Source: Ionaspis alba
Taxonomy: Eukaryota
DNA length: 32,610 nt
Direction of reading: 5' to 3'
Assembly: GCA_964255285.1 (NCBI GenBank)
Contig: CAXUUL010000101.1
Coordinates: 1-32,610 of the forward strand
This document shows positions 1 through 14,229 of the stretch, in pieces (position 1 is the stretch's first letter; each line of letters begins with the position of its first letter). The notes beneath the pieces are model-generated. The model saw nothing but the letters and a program-made list of their open reading frames with translations. It ran no database searches and was not told the origin of the DNA. The position numbers and the translations under genes are program-made.

Positions 1-3000
1 ACAGCACACATGTCGCCAAGCCAGCTCACGGACCCAACCATAGCCTCCGCCTGCCGATCATGCAGTGATGATCACCGTAATGAATGGGACGAAACATTCC
101 GAAGTCCGCGTCTGCAGGTCAAGAAGCACATCATGGCGGCTGTGAAAGGGGAAGCTCCCCAAAGCAGTTAGCCGGGTCTGAGACAAAAAAATGTGTCGTC
201 AGCGCTTAAGGAGATTCGAGCGGGCTGTGGTGCGTGAGGTAGTGGTTAGTGGTGAACGCAGGGTGGATATGTAGGAGATCCCTTCCGGTGAGATAGAGGC
301 CGCGGTAAAGTCCTTCAGTTTGAATGTGTTTTGGACCCCAAATCATCGCTTATTGTTGATGATGCCTTGGCTGATGGAATATGCCATGCAGGAGGGGCCG
401 TCTAGCGCCTGAATAGCTATTGTTATTCTCATTGCAGGCAGCAGTAACTGTGTTTGACATGATCCTAGTATGCACTACTGTTCCTTGGACATGCTGTTGT
501 GGTGCATCAGAAGTGGTTTGGGAGATTTTCGTGGTCCCTGCAATCAGGCCCGTGGGCGGTAAATGCATATTATGTCTTCCAATTAACCGCTTATGCCCTG
601 GTCTGGTGCATTGTGTCTGCGACAGACATGTTCGAAGGAGGGATCCTGGAGGACGAATACGGCGGTAGATTTGTCTGTCTGTTCTTGGATGAATCCCTGT
701 CGCTCTCCGGTGCGAGTACGGCGTCAAGGCATGGACTAGGCAAATGCAGGTGACCACTTCCTGGCCACTCGACTCATCATATTATCGGAGTGGTTTGTAT
801 CCTTTATTCCATCCAATTGACCTCCCTAGAAACTCAATGCAGCATTGATGTTGGTGGGATAGAGATGTTGAGAGATGTGGCGAGCGTTTATTTGCGAGGC
901 AGCCGCATTGCGCCTTTTTATGGTTATACTTTGCGCTGGCAAGGAAAGTCAGGCTCATCAAGCATTGTCCTATCCCAACTATGGAAGTGCGGCAATGCAT
1001 GCAATGTGGGTAGTTCTGTGGAACGGTACTTGTATGGTTGACTGGAGTTCTCCTCTTTTCAGTGGCTTATCATTAGTCGAGACCGGACTTCGGCCAGTCA
1101 TCGCTCGCACTTCGTTTCCCGCCGGGCAAGAGCGCAGGGCAAGCTTGGCGGCTAACGCAAACGAAGAAGGAAGCACTGAGCGAGTTTAGCCTTGAGCTGA
1201 CCCGTCCTGCGACCTTTAACCAGCCGAAACGAATGATCCAACGAGACGAGACGCATGCTTCGGCAGCCAGCCACTGGTCAATTGAGGCATTACGCACCCG
1301 CACCGCATCATGCGCCAGCAGGGATTTGTCAATCTCAAATGCAAAGCATCTGAAGGTCACGCGGAGGTGACACGACCGACCCAGCGGTCCGTCTTGCTTT
1401 CCTTCTCCTTGTCGTCCCGGGCCGGTGAGGTGGGGCGGCCTGGAGTGAGTGAGAAAGCCGTGATTATTGGGGATGGCGGCCATAATCTCCCCGAGGATGA
1501 GGAACAGAACAGCGCGAATAATCCCTCTGGTGGCACAGGACCTTGTCCTACACCTATCACATTCAGGCACTCCATCAGTTGGGCTCAAGGACGGCAGGAC
1601 CAACTTACCCAACCCTCTAGGAGACGCAAAATTGACGGGTTGTCATCATAGCCGAAGCGGCAAAGATGGTGGTTCGATCTTCAGCAACAGAGGACCTGCA
1701 TATGGGCTAAATGCAAATTACTTAAGGTGCCAGAGGAACGACGTGGTGGAATCACGATCTCAGCCACTCTGGAGGAAAAGAAGCAGAGGCAGCGGACTGC
1801 ACCATTGTCCACGGATTTTTCATCCCGAAGTCGGGACCCAGTTTTCTACCTCCAAAGACCAAGAAGTAGCTACTACCGGTTTGTGTAATCATGCTATTGG
1901 AGTAATTCTTCAGGACCATTGATTGTGCCAGCTGTTAAGAGTACTTCGGCAGGGTGAAGAGGCAACATTCCTCCGTAATGACAACCTGCGCAATTGCAAC
2001 ATCAGGAAATCTCGCTGGATTTAAAACATAGCCACGGAGCACAGAGAGCGGGCGATGCCGTGATTAAGGTACAGCACCACCGCAACCACTCCCACGGGAA
2101 TTTGACGTGTTGCAAGTAAGCGCATTGCCCGCTGCGGTTGTCGTCGCACTGTTTCACTCGGTACATCCTTTTTGCCTTTTCCTCATGCTGCCTAATACTC
2201 AAGTCCTACTCGTACGCATCCTCTTTCCTCGGCCGCCGGATGTCTGGCTTCCTGAACCGACGCTTCTCTCGTAATATTTTTCATCAAGCGCCTCAGCTCT
2301 ACTACTACGACTGTCCGAGTCTGGTCAAGGAATCCTGCGAGGGAAGTTCCGTTAGACTCCTAGAATCCAACATCATGTTCTAATCATCGCTGCGGGTCCT
2401 TGCCAACGTAATGCTTCGGCGGCGACGGCGGCCGCGGGTAACTCTACTCGTCGTCCTTGACACATCACCACCCATCATCGTCACCATCATCATCATCATC
2501 ACTGCATGGCTGTGCCTTATCTTGCCAGCAGTATCCGAGTCTTCCGTTGGTGGTCAAAGACAACAAAGTCTAAGTAAATGCAGGTGCTTGTCGTAGTCAT
2601 TACTTTTGCCCCCTTCTTCGAAGCCTACGGCTTCATGTTTCGTTGGAAGCCAATAGCCGTGATTCTCGAAGTTGCCGCTGTTGCATGACTCCAACTCGCT
2701 AGCTTCGTGTGCGAAATGGCCCTCACCCACCCACGATGTCCTGCCTGTACTGTAAGCAGAAGCCTGAAGTAGTAGACTTGAGTAGCGCTCTGACCCTGCC
2801 TCGAATCCTGTCTGTCCAGGGTAGCCGACCAGCTGTGCAAAATGGCACATGGCAATGGTCAGGCCCGCAGCAGGCCACTCCTCAAACGAGTTGACCCGGC
2901 GCGGCTTGCACCTGTAGAGAACGCGCCACCTGAACACTAGGCTATTCGGACCATTCAATGGGAGTGAGTGACACCGAGAATGATGTGCTGCTAGCACTCT

Positions 3001-3915
3001 TACTTTAGACTCTTCGTTCCGCCACTACCACCAATTCTGTCCTCGTCCAACACCTCTTTTGGCGGTTCCGAAAGTGCCAGGCCCCCTGTCTGGAAGACGC
3101 ATGGCTGAAGAAAGAGGACCAAGGATGGAGGAGAGCTGGTTCGTCGGAGGCCATCCCCCTGAACCATGGAGGAGTGAGCCGACCAAGCCTCTACTGGCCT
3201 TAGCGAGTCACAGTCGCGCCTACAACACTCGCGCGAGCCGGCAGTGCTGGCTCCTAGTCCAACACTCTTCAATTACAGGGGGATTAGGGGGGTGGGCCAC
3301 CCAGGGTGTGTTCTCCAATTCCACTACCACTACTTTACCGCCGTGTCGGACCTTCTTTTACACATCCTCGACCACCACCGAAGACATAAAGAAATACACA
3401 AACCCACTCCGCTGGAATTTTCTTCAGCGTCAAGCGCCCTGAAATTGTCGACTGCCAGTCATCGGAGACACTTGGCGCCCACGAGAGTCCACGGTTCACA
3501 TGCTTATTGGTTCCCCTTGGAGAACTAAACTGGATCCATTTTCTAAATTCTCTTGCGAGTCTTGCGCTCCGTGCGCTTACACCACACGTCTTTTCCCCAT
3601 CCACACCCGCCCACATCTCACCCCCAATTACTCTATCTTCATCCTTTGCCGTCCTCGACCACAACTAATCTAAAGACAAACAACCACATCTATCAAATTG
3701 GTATCTACTCGTGGCTTATCATCTTGTCGAGTGCACATCAAAATTCGCAGTCGATTGCACGGATTGGCCTTCGGGGGAATCCTTGACCACGGTTTGTCGC
3801 GATTCCTAGACGCTGGCAAGCGCCTTCGTCGATAGAGCGGACATTGTAGCAGGAAGAGGAGGACTTTCCAATTTGCCCTCAACCACTATTGTTCTCTCTG
3901 TGTCAGCCAGTAAAC

Positions 3916-6200
3916 ATGACAGCTGTCGCCTCAAATCACGTACCAGAAGGGATAAACAATATGGACGAACAGTTCTCGGAACCTAATACCTCCAGATTTA
4001 CTGCAGTCAATGTCAATGGTCGAGGAACTCCACCCTCGACAATGCAAAGTCGACTACCAAATGGTCGGACCGAAGCGGTCGAAAGTGCTCCGACCTCCGC
4101 GTCGAGCGAGGAGCAAAAGCGTAGGCAAGAGGTGAATGGATCACGACCTGCTTTACTAAGTCCTAAAGTTCGTCACTCACCGGTAGAGGGACAACCTCCA
4201 GTCACCTCTCAAGTACAGCATACGAGCGAGGTTCCCATGAACGGTCCTTCTGAAGCACAGCATCAGCAACCTTCACCCGGCTCTTCTCGAAGTCCTCCAA
4301 CTCGCAAGAGGTCTTTTCCAGAGGCGTTTGGTGATCCCAACGGACACCCGTACCATCGGGAGCCTACCCATCAGACTCCAGAAGCTCTCCATCCTCAGAA
4401 TGGCCACCCCGAATATGATCCGAGACATTCCGATCCGCGTGCACGGTCGCAAGGTCCTTCAAACCACCTCACGCCAAATCACGAATATGATCAAGACCGA
4501 CGACGACCACTGGGTAGTGAATACGATCCCCATGCACCGCCATCTCAGCCATATTATACCCAGCCGCCAGCTCACCACGATGATTCAGAGGCTCGTTTAG
4601 CTGAAGCTCTCCAGCGCGAGAACGGTCATTCGTCAAGCAATATGGCCAGAGAGGGTTTCACGAGTCCGGAAGACGATGATCTTCGACGTGCTCAGTATGG
4701 AGAGTATAGTGCCAACCGAGCGTCCTTGTCGGGATCTGCAGCAGAAGCTGAGAGGAAGCGAAGGAAGAGAGTGTTTAGCAATCGAACAAAGACCGGATGC
4801 ATGACCTGCAGAAAGAGAAAGAAGAAGTGCGATGAGCTACATCCTGAATGTCAGTAACGTCTTTCTAACCATCATCTAGCAGAATCTTTTTACTAACCAC
4901 TAACCAGGCAATAATTGTCTACGTGGTGGCTTCGTCTGCGAAGGCTATACGGTCAGGAATACCTGGCAGAAACCCAGCCCAGCCAAAACGCCCGTACCGC
5001 TACAATCCAAGACCGGCTATCCACCCAGCGGCCATCCCCATCAATCCCAGCAATACGCAGAAGTCAACCCCGAATACGGCGTCGTAGGCAGCTCCGGCCC
5101 ACCCCCTCAACACCACGGCACCGAAGTCAAACCCATTGTCGTAGACGAAGACCGACGCTCACTATCTCACTCCCAAATCCCCAGTCCGCCCAACGACCCC
5201 CGCGCTCAAACCAACTGGCCCCGCACCTCCCGCTCCTACTCCAACCAAGGCCCAGCACCACCCCAACGCTACCCCGAGCACGACCGCCCCAGCACCCACG
5301 AAATGCCTCACGAAGCCGCGGACCCCAACACGCTGTATCCCAATCCACCCAGCCACTCCAGCGAAACCCGGCGCAGCCCTCAAGCACCCTCCACCAGCAG
5401 CGCCCCCGCCGTCGCCCAAGCGGCGCTACAAACACCCATTCTAACCCAGCGCCCAGCCCCACATTTCCGTGTTGAGCTCACAGAGCGCGAACGCATGCTA
5501 CGGGGCGAGTACTTCCTCCCCTATACGCCCGCGCTGATGGAAGATCGCGAGCGCTGCGCAGCAGCCGTGTGGCGTTTCAACAATTCGACGAATCCAACCA
5601 ATGGCAACAGTCCCGAAGAGCGGCTGCGCTTCTTCAAAGCTATTCTGTCCCTGCGTCCATCTCCTGAACCCCTGCCCGCTACAGCAGAGGGAAGGGATCT
5701 CGACCCGGCTTACCTCCCTGTCGGTAGCGTAGGTCCGGGCGTCGTGGTCGAGGCGCCGTTTCACTGCGACTATGGGTATAACATCACGATCGGATCGAAC
5801 GTGGTTATTGGCCCGGATTGCCGCATTACGGATACGTGTGCGGTGACGATTGGGGATAATGTGGTGTTTTCGCCGGGAGTGAAGCTGGTTTGTGTCACTT
5901 ATGCGATTGATCCGCGGGAGAGGAGGAAGGGGAAGGGGAGGGCGTTGGGGAGGAATATTGTGATTGAGAGTGATTGTTGGATTGGGAGTAATGTTACTAT
6001 TTTGCCGGGCGTGAGGGTGGGGAGGTCGAGTACGGTTGGGGCCGGGAGTTTGATTTGTAAGGTATGTGATTGTTTTTTCTATTCTTTCTGGAAGATGGGG
6101 TTGGGTTGGGTGCTGATTTGTGGGATAGGATGTGCCGCCTTATACAGTTGTGGCGGGTAATCCGCAGAAGGTTGTTAGGGGGATTTATGATGGGAATTAG
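3916..6200 (+). CDS. Zn(II)2Cys6 binuclear-cluster protein fused to a C-terminal maltose/galactoside O-acetyltransferase (left-handed beta-helix) domain; exons 3916-4849, 4908-6061, 6129-6200
   Basis: Splicing GTCAGT..TACTAAC..CAG (4850-4907) rebuilds CMTCRKRKKKCDELHPECNNCLRGGFVCEGY. Exon 2 encodes ERERMLRGEYF...VEAPFHCDYGYNITIG...CWIGSNVTILPGVRVG. Intron 6062-6128 is followed by DVPPYTVVAGNP, the canonical Mac/LacA terminal motif. Confidence 0.93.
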
Positions 6201-6637
6201 AGGATGATGAGGATGAGAGAGCAGGGGCGTTGCTTCCTGATATACGACACGGTCGATGACCGGTGAGTGGTACTCTACACGGAAGCTCAGAATTGGGGGT
6301 ATGGTTGTGGGGTCGACACTGAATATGGTTATTCTTCTGGCTTTGCGCTTCTTGCTTTTGCCACTACTCTTTTGAAGGTGGAAAACGAACCTCTAAACAC
6401 TTCATTTGCTACACATGGGCTTACATGTACAGAAGGATTTGCTTTGATACTTTTTGTATTGCTAAGTTCTGCTCTGCTGGCCATATCTCTACCACGCTTG
6501 CTCTGGCTATTCACTCATCTATGTGCGTTTCGTGTTCTCATAGCTCATCGAACATGCACGTGCTCATCCCACCTTCATCGGTCATGTCCAACACCAGCCC
6601 CTCTTTCTCTACCGGCAACCCCAGATCTACAAGTTCT

Positions 6638-7695
6638 CTAGCTATTTACCACCACCCCTCCATTCGGATGCAGACTCTGCCCACTAATCAAACTACTATC
6701 CTGGCTCGCCAAAAACACAAAACAAGTCGCAATCTCACTCGGCTGCCCCGGTCTCCCCATCGGCGTCCCACTAAACCCATCCTGCGCATCATCATCCATC
6801 GTACTTGGGATCAGTGGCGTCCAGACAGGGCCAGGACACACGGCATTGACGCGGATCCCCTTGCCGACTTGCTGGTTTGAGAGCCCTCGCGTGAAGGAGA
6901 TGATGGCGCCTTTCGTGGAGGTGTAGTCGAGCAGGTCGGGTCGTCCGACGTAGGCGTTTATGGAGGCGTTGTTGATGATTGTGCTGCCGGAATGCATGTG
7001 GGGGAGGGCGTATTTGGAGAGATAGAAGTAGGGGTGTATGTTTGTGTCGAAGGTCGTGAGCCATTGGTCTCTGTAAGGTGGGGTTGTGTGAATGAGATAA
7101 CGCGGATGGGTTGAGGTGGGGAATGGGAGCAGGGACTTACTCTGAGAGATCTTTGATGTCTTTCACGACGTTCTGGTATGCGGCATTGTTGACAAGGATG
7201 TCCAGTCCGCCCATGGCAGAGACGGCTTCGTCAACAAGCTTCTTGCAGTTCTCCTTCGACCGCAGATCTGCAGCGTAGAGATGGCATTTGCCGCCTTGCT
7301 TCTCGACCTCTTTCTTCGTCTCCTGGGCGTCCTTCTCTTCATCCTTCAGATAGTTGATGAAGGTCTCGGCGCCTTCCATGGCAAAGAGGATAGCTACCGC
7401 TCGGCCTATGCCTGAGTCTCCTCCGGTGATAATGGCGCGCTTGCCTTTGAGCTTGTCCGCTGCCTTGTAGGTCTGGTAGCCGCCGTCTTCGGTGGGAACC
7501 TTCTTGTTGGTGGGGTCAGGGCCTTTCATCTCGGATTGGAGACCGGGTTGGTCTTGGTGGGAGATGGGGATTTGATGGCCTGGACAGTTTACTCAATGAT
7601 TGACCATGTAGATAATACTCGGGAGGAATCTTACCTGACTCGAATTGAGAATCAGAGCCCGTGGCCTTCTTGACTGCATTCTTGGCGGCTTCCAT
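6638..7695 (-). CDS. Classical SDR oxidoreductase (YghA/YdaD/YhdF-like); exons 7695-7635, 7579-7141, 7070-6638
   Basis: TGGDSGIG cofactor motif, LVNNAA, catalytic YTSTK, GIRVNAVCPGPVWTPL and PMGRPGQP. Introns 7634-7580 and 7140-7071 are GT-AG and keep the frame. Confidence 0.93.
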
Positions 7696-7885
7696 GTTGA
7701 AGTGGTTGTGGTTTAGTTGCTGGTTGAGGTGTTCGTATGGGGGGCCGATGACTTTGATTAGCAAGGAGGAGACGTCGATAATGTTGGGTGAAAGAGCAGT
7801 GACAACATATATATTTTCACCGAAATATTGGCAAATGAGATCATCATTCAATAATTGTGTAGAATATTCCATATGACGCAACGGC

Positions 7886-7985
7886 NNNNNNNNNNNNNNN
7901 NNNNNNNNNNNNNNNNNNNNNNNNNNNNNNNNNNNNNNNNNNNNNNNNNNNNNNNNNNNNNNNNNNNNNNNNNNNNNNNNNNNNN
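7886..7985. other. Assembly gap (100 N)
   Basis: Run of exactly 100 N, the usual placeholder for a gap of unknown size. Confidence 0.99.
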
Positions 7986-8196
7986 ACCCTAAGTCCGTTC
8001 CAAGGCCTACTATGCGGGCAAAATCCATTGCTCCTTGGTCAGTTTCACGACCCAAGGGACACGTATACCTTTAGAGATGAACATGATATTAAGAGGCGGA
8101 GGTAGGCTTCAATTCAGGATAAGTTTATTTCAAGTCACTCAACAAACAAAACACAGAAGAAGACAACAACTCAGCGATTTGAGAGCAAACAAAGCA

Positions 8197-9058
8197 ATGG
8201 CTTCCCCCAAAGTTGTTCTCGTCACCGGCGGCAACAATGGCATTGGCTATGAGGCTGTCAAGGCGTTGCTGCGGTCTGACAAGGCCTACCACGTTCTTCT
8301 CGGCAGTCGTTCTCTGGAAAAGGCCAAGCTTGCAATCGAGAAACTGCATAAGGAATGTCCAGAGTCGATCAGTAATACCGTTGAAGTGGTCCAAGTCGAT
8401 CTTACCAGCGACGAGTCGATCGAGAAGGCTTTCGAACAAGTCAAGGCGAGTCCAGGGCACATCGACGCCCTCATCAATAACGCTGGTATGATGGAAACCT
8501 CTCCCTTTTTGCCCCAAGGACCTTCCCCCTCAAACTAACCATTTTCCAGGGGCCGCCTTTGACCCAGACTTCATCGCTGGCAGAATCTCTCTCCGCGAGT
8601 GCTTCACCAAGGCCTACGACGTGAACGTTGCGGGCACGAATGTTATGACCTGGACATTCATGCCGCTTTTGCTCAAGTCGGCCGACCCCCGTTTGATCTT
8701 CGTAGCCGGTCTCTCTCAGATCACGCAGGCCAGCGAAGCATATTTCCCCACGCCGCCGCAGCCGGCTGGGTGGCCTAAGAAAGTGGACTTCGAGACGATT
8801 GGATACCGCTGTAGCAAGACGGCACTTAACATGTTGATGCTGGACTGGAATCATAAGATGAAGGAGGATGGGGTCAAGGTCTGGGGGGTCGGCCCCGGGA
8901 TGCTGGTGACAGATCTGGGAAATATGCGAGAGAAGGCGGAGAAGATGGGTATTGGGCATGCGAGCCTTGGTGGGACACTGATTAGGAGGGTTGTGGAAGG
9001 GGAACGCGATGCTGACGTGGGAAAAATTGTTAACAAGGACGGACTTTCGTCGTTTTGA
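8197..9058 (+). CDS. Short-chain dehydrogenase/reductase (carbonyl-reductase-like); exons 8197-8485, 8550-9058
   Basis: VLVTGGNNGIG, LINNAG, YRCSK catalytic motif and PGMLVTDL. Intron GTATGA..CTAAC..CAG at 8486-8549 joins the two ORF-track pieces in frame. Confidence 0.92.
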
Positions 9059-9613
9059 GTAGAACAAATAGTACTGGATCGATCTGAGTTCTCTTGGGAT
9101 AAATAAAGTACGCGATATATATTTTTTTTCAAGGCGAGGAACCATTTCTCTATATCGTGTTTCTGTAAGCACACATTCCGTTGCCCGACCAATCTTTATT
9201 GTATGTGTATTATTGGTTAATTAACATCGAGTTTTTATTTAAAATCACCAGATTACCTTGCTCTTTTTTATGGTTTAACATAAATATTTTGTGTTCTTAT
9301 AAGTCGCAAAACAGCAATTCACCTCCCATTATTGTCGTGCGGCTCGGTGGAAAGAAGCAGAGCGATCCGGAAGATATTTTCTCAGCGCTGACCTCAACCT
9401 CGGTAGGCTCGGCGCTAACATATTGGCGCACGAGCTACACGTTCGATAAATTATTTCACGATTTGCTCAATGGGCTACCTCGCGAATTCTGTCCGCCGTG
9501 TGCGAGCGTGCCACGGGACTTTTGCGCGCCTATGGGGGACCCGCGGTACTGCTATTGTTGTGGATCTAAATTAAACAAAATAGAAACTAGGGTTATTGCA
9601 AAGACATCTAATT

Positions 9614-10882
<1,269 letters not shown>

Positions 10883-11185
10883 TGTGGCAAGCAAATCGGA
10901 TGGTCGTTGATTTGGCGGAGCCGAACGCAAAGGACTCGAGCGGGACTCAGATTGAAGGGCGATCGCGAGGACCTTCTAATGCGAATTCGAGTCGCTCTAC
11001 ACTCTCAAGTCCTGGTGTAACACAACCCGTAGAGGAAGCAGATTTTCCTCAGTCAGCTCGAGCTGAAACTGACTGTACACGAATGTCAGCGGAAACAATT
11101 CAATGCATGATGCTATTTCGCCTTAGCCTCCGCCGTCCCGTGTTCAGGGGTTGGCCAGATTACGCCACCGATATGCCTCTTTTGT

Positions 11186-11191
11186 GATTGG
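11186..11191 (-). promoter_or_regulatory. Possible CCAAT box upstream of HEM2
   Basis: CCAATC on the minus strand about 300 nt upstream of the HEM2 ATG. A short motif, so it could be chance. Confidence 0.25.
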
Positions 11192-12034
11192 CTGAGACCT
11201 TCAGCCTCTTCAACCTCCATGGATCTTGCCAACCTCTTCTTCATTACGGCATACTTTAATACAAACAGCATAATGACGTTGTCGATACGAGTCGAAGTCT
11301 TACCGTCTTCAAGGGTTGAAGAACGAGGAGTACGATCGAAGAGGTTTTCGGACTGTTACTGCGGGGCGGAAGCGCTCCCGCCAAAACACTCTAACCAATG
11401 TGTCAAGAAGTGTGAAAGGAGGGTCAGTCCATGCATGCAGCAGAGCCTCTGGCGGAAGGGCAAACCATCGTCCTCTTGTACTCAAGGTTGGGGTCTCTCT
11501 AACCCGTCGGGCAATTGCTAATTCTACGAAATGATTGCGTTCTAATTTGCTGACCTAAATACCATTTCTCATCCTGACAATGCTCACATCGAGCCCAATG
11601 TGAATGCTGATAAATAGTGAGCCCTATGCCAAACATATACGGACGGCCATCGTACCGTCTTCTAGTGCAAGTAGCCGCCAATGTCCCATACAGGGAGTAG
11701 TTTGGATATTTACAAAGCTCAACAGAGCTTGCCCTAATCTACAGGGTTTGGTTCGTCTCGCTAAGCAATCGCCGAAGTCGCGTCTGTTTCATATGTCATC
11801 GCGACTTCCTAAAGTACTTGTTCCATCTCAACATGTCCTTCGTCTCTTGATGTCTGTTTCTTCAAGGCATGATGGATTCTTTGTGTTTGCCTGTTCCCCG
11901 CGAGTATTGTGCTCATTAATTGGCGCTTTCTTTCTGCCACCTACATGATGATATGAATGCCTACCCGTTCACCAGAAAGTTTTGTGGGCCTTTGACTACT
12001 TGACCACGGACATCAACCTGACTTTGTTATCAGT

Positions 12035-13944
12035 ATGAAAATCACCTATGGGCGGAAGAGGCCAAACATGTCCACATTCTCTGCCTTCCACGATGAAACG
12101 ATAAAGGACACTCTGGACACAAAGTTGTCAAGTAATGTGGTGCCTCTACCTTACATTGCAATGCTGATGGTATACTTGCAGGCCACGAAGAGCTGGAGAA
12201 GCCAAAAATAACATTCCCACCACCTGCAACTGAGAACACGATCGACGATCTTGTCAATGATTTACTTGACGACTCCATCGAGGAGCCCACTGTTGTGCAG
12301 GTTCAAGCCAAGACTTCACCGGTCAACACCTGTGCAAGATCCATTTCAAGTCAGCTTTTGCTTGAAGACCTGAACAAGCCACTGCCATCTCTTCCGGTAG
12401 ATGCAGAGGTCGACGGAGAAGATGAGCTTGCTTCCAGCAAGAAACACTCGTCTCATACAATTAGAACCAAACTTTCCAAAGTCGGCAGCCGCCGTGTGCA
12501 GAGACGTCACAAGTTACCGATTGCTGTACAGGGGGAGCAGTCAACAGTCCATAACACAAATGCCGAAGCGTCATCACATTGTCTACAGATCAGTCAGCCA
12601 ACTCATGAGCCATTCGTTCCGCGACGCATAACTACCACAGCTGCGGCGGCGGAGCTGAGCCGGAAGATTTCTTCCTTGATGAGCACGGCGAACCTAGAAG
12701 ACACCCTTGCTGGCACTAATAGAAGAAGGATGAAGGTTAGCATGGAGGGAAGTGTGAGTACGTACTCGCCTCGACTACAACGTGGCAAAGAGGCATTCGG
12801 CCGAGCAAAGCGTGCCATTGCAGATCGTCTCACTGGCAGTGCCGAGAAGAAGATGAGAACTACTGCTGGATTACAGCTTAGTTCGAGCGCTGACCAAGAC
12901 GGTGAGCTCGGTCATGAGACTGACAACGAGGTGGAACGTGGAAGGCTCAATCGACGCATCGCTGAAGGCGTAAATCTCAGTAAATCTAAGATCCACTCGT
13001 TGACAGGCGATGGTAACGTACCTCGCAAACCTCTACCTGTCTACGAGAGCATGAGATCTCTCAAACGCCAATCCTCGTCATCTGGTTCCTTGTCGGACAA
13101 GCAAGGTTCTTTGGATGAACTAGTCTCACCTGCATTTTCCTCCTTTGACGTCGACTTTGACAAAGCCAAGGGAAGAAGAATGAGCGCAATAGAGCCACTG
13201 ATCTCCAGCAAACCACCTACTCCACCTTTGCCTGATCAAACGCAGCTGATCAACGTAACACCTCCATCAAGATTCTCCGAGCGCATTTCAGGCTTGGCTC
13301 AGCATTCCGATGTCATGCTTTTCTCGAGTCCGCCTGTCGGCTTCTCCACTCCTACCTTTCGTCTCGAACCTCTGAGAGGGCAGAAAAGAAGGAAGGAATC
13401 CGGCACAGCCCAAAGCATCAGTCCTTCGCTTCCGGAGTTCGACTGGGAGGAGAAGGATGAATATGAAAACATGGATTTGCCACGGCCGCTCAAGACACGT
13501 CCCATGACAAATGAGAGTCTCAAACGAAAGTCCGCGAGTGCAGATCTTCGTGTGGAGGTGGTGCCAACTGCGAAGAAGATCAAGAAAGCAATGGTAACTC
13601 CGATCGAAGACGTGGCTCTCAACAGCAGAATGGCTAAGTTGGACACTAGCGGCGATGGAGCACTTAAGCCTAAAGACAAGAACAAGCGACTGAGCCGAAG
13701 CAAGCCTTCTGATGATAAAGGGAAAGGTTTGAGCATTTTCGATATTGGGAAAGGAAAGACGCCGATGCCCAAGATGATGGATACGTTGATGAAAGCTCGT
13801 GGTGGTCTGTCTGGGAAACGAGCATCAATCTCTGGACCTGCCAGTGCGACTACTACCCATCACCGCCGTGCAAGTACACCATTGATTGGTTTTGGTTTTG
13901 ACCCGGATGAATCCACGAGTATGGATGAGCTGCAAATGTCATGA
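12035..13944 (+). CDS. Hypothetical, largely disordered Ser/Lys/Arg-rich protein (~619 aa); exons 12035-12131, 12182-13944
   Basis: 549-codon open frame. The upstream ATG exon MKITYGRKRPNMSTFSAFHDE joins in frame through a 50-nt GTAATG..GCTGAT..CAG intron. No domain recognised. Confidence 0.8.
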
Positions 13945-14229
13945 TGTTCTTTGACAGCCCTAAAAGTACGTATGATGTAACCATGGAGGACAGAAAGTTA
14001 TCAAGTGCCTTGCTGATAAACACTGATGATATGGCTCTATCGTCTGTCTCTACTCCTCTCTCTTCTCATGTCCCGGCACTAAACCTGAGCTGCTAGCAGT
14101 TTTTTTCTGTACTTCATTGGCCCGCTAGCAAGCATGGAGTGCTGGCAATCTCCTGGCACTGGATTAATAGGCCTAGCAGATTGATAGCTCAGCTTAGATT
14201 TGCTCAATCTGAATCTATCCATGACTGCT

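Noticed and set aside
350..3882. Many 60-180 aa ORFs on both strands
   Set aside because: No recognisable domains, they overlap in conflicting frames, and no coherent exon chain emerges.
4915..5475. 186-aa ORF in the track
   Set aside because: Wrong frame. Splicing at 4907 uses the frame that completes the Zn2Cys6 motif and runs into the acetyltransferase.
7516..8055. 179-aa ORF spanning the N run
   Set aside because: Artefact of translating through the gap; only 7695-7635 is a real exon.
11170..11191. CBC:HapX bipartite site in the HEM2 promoter
   Set aside because: CCAAT is present, but the bases 12 nt downstream read ATA rather than RWT.
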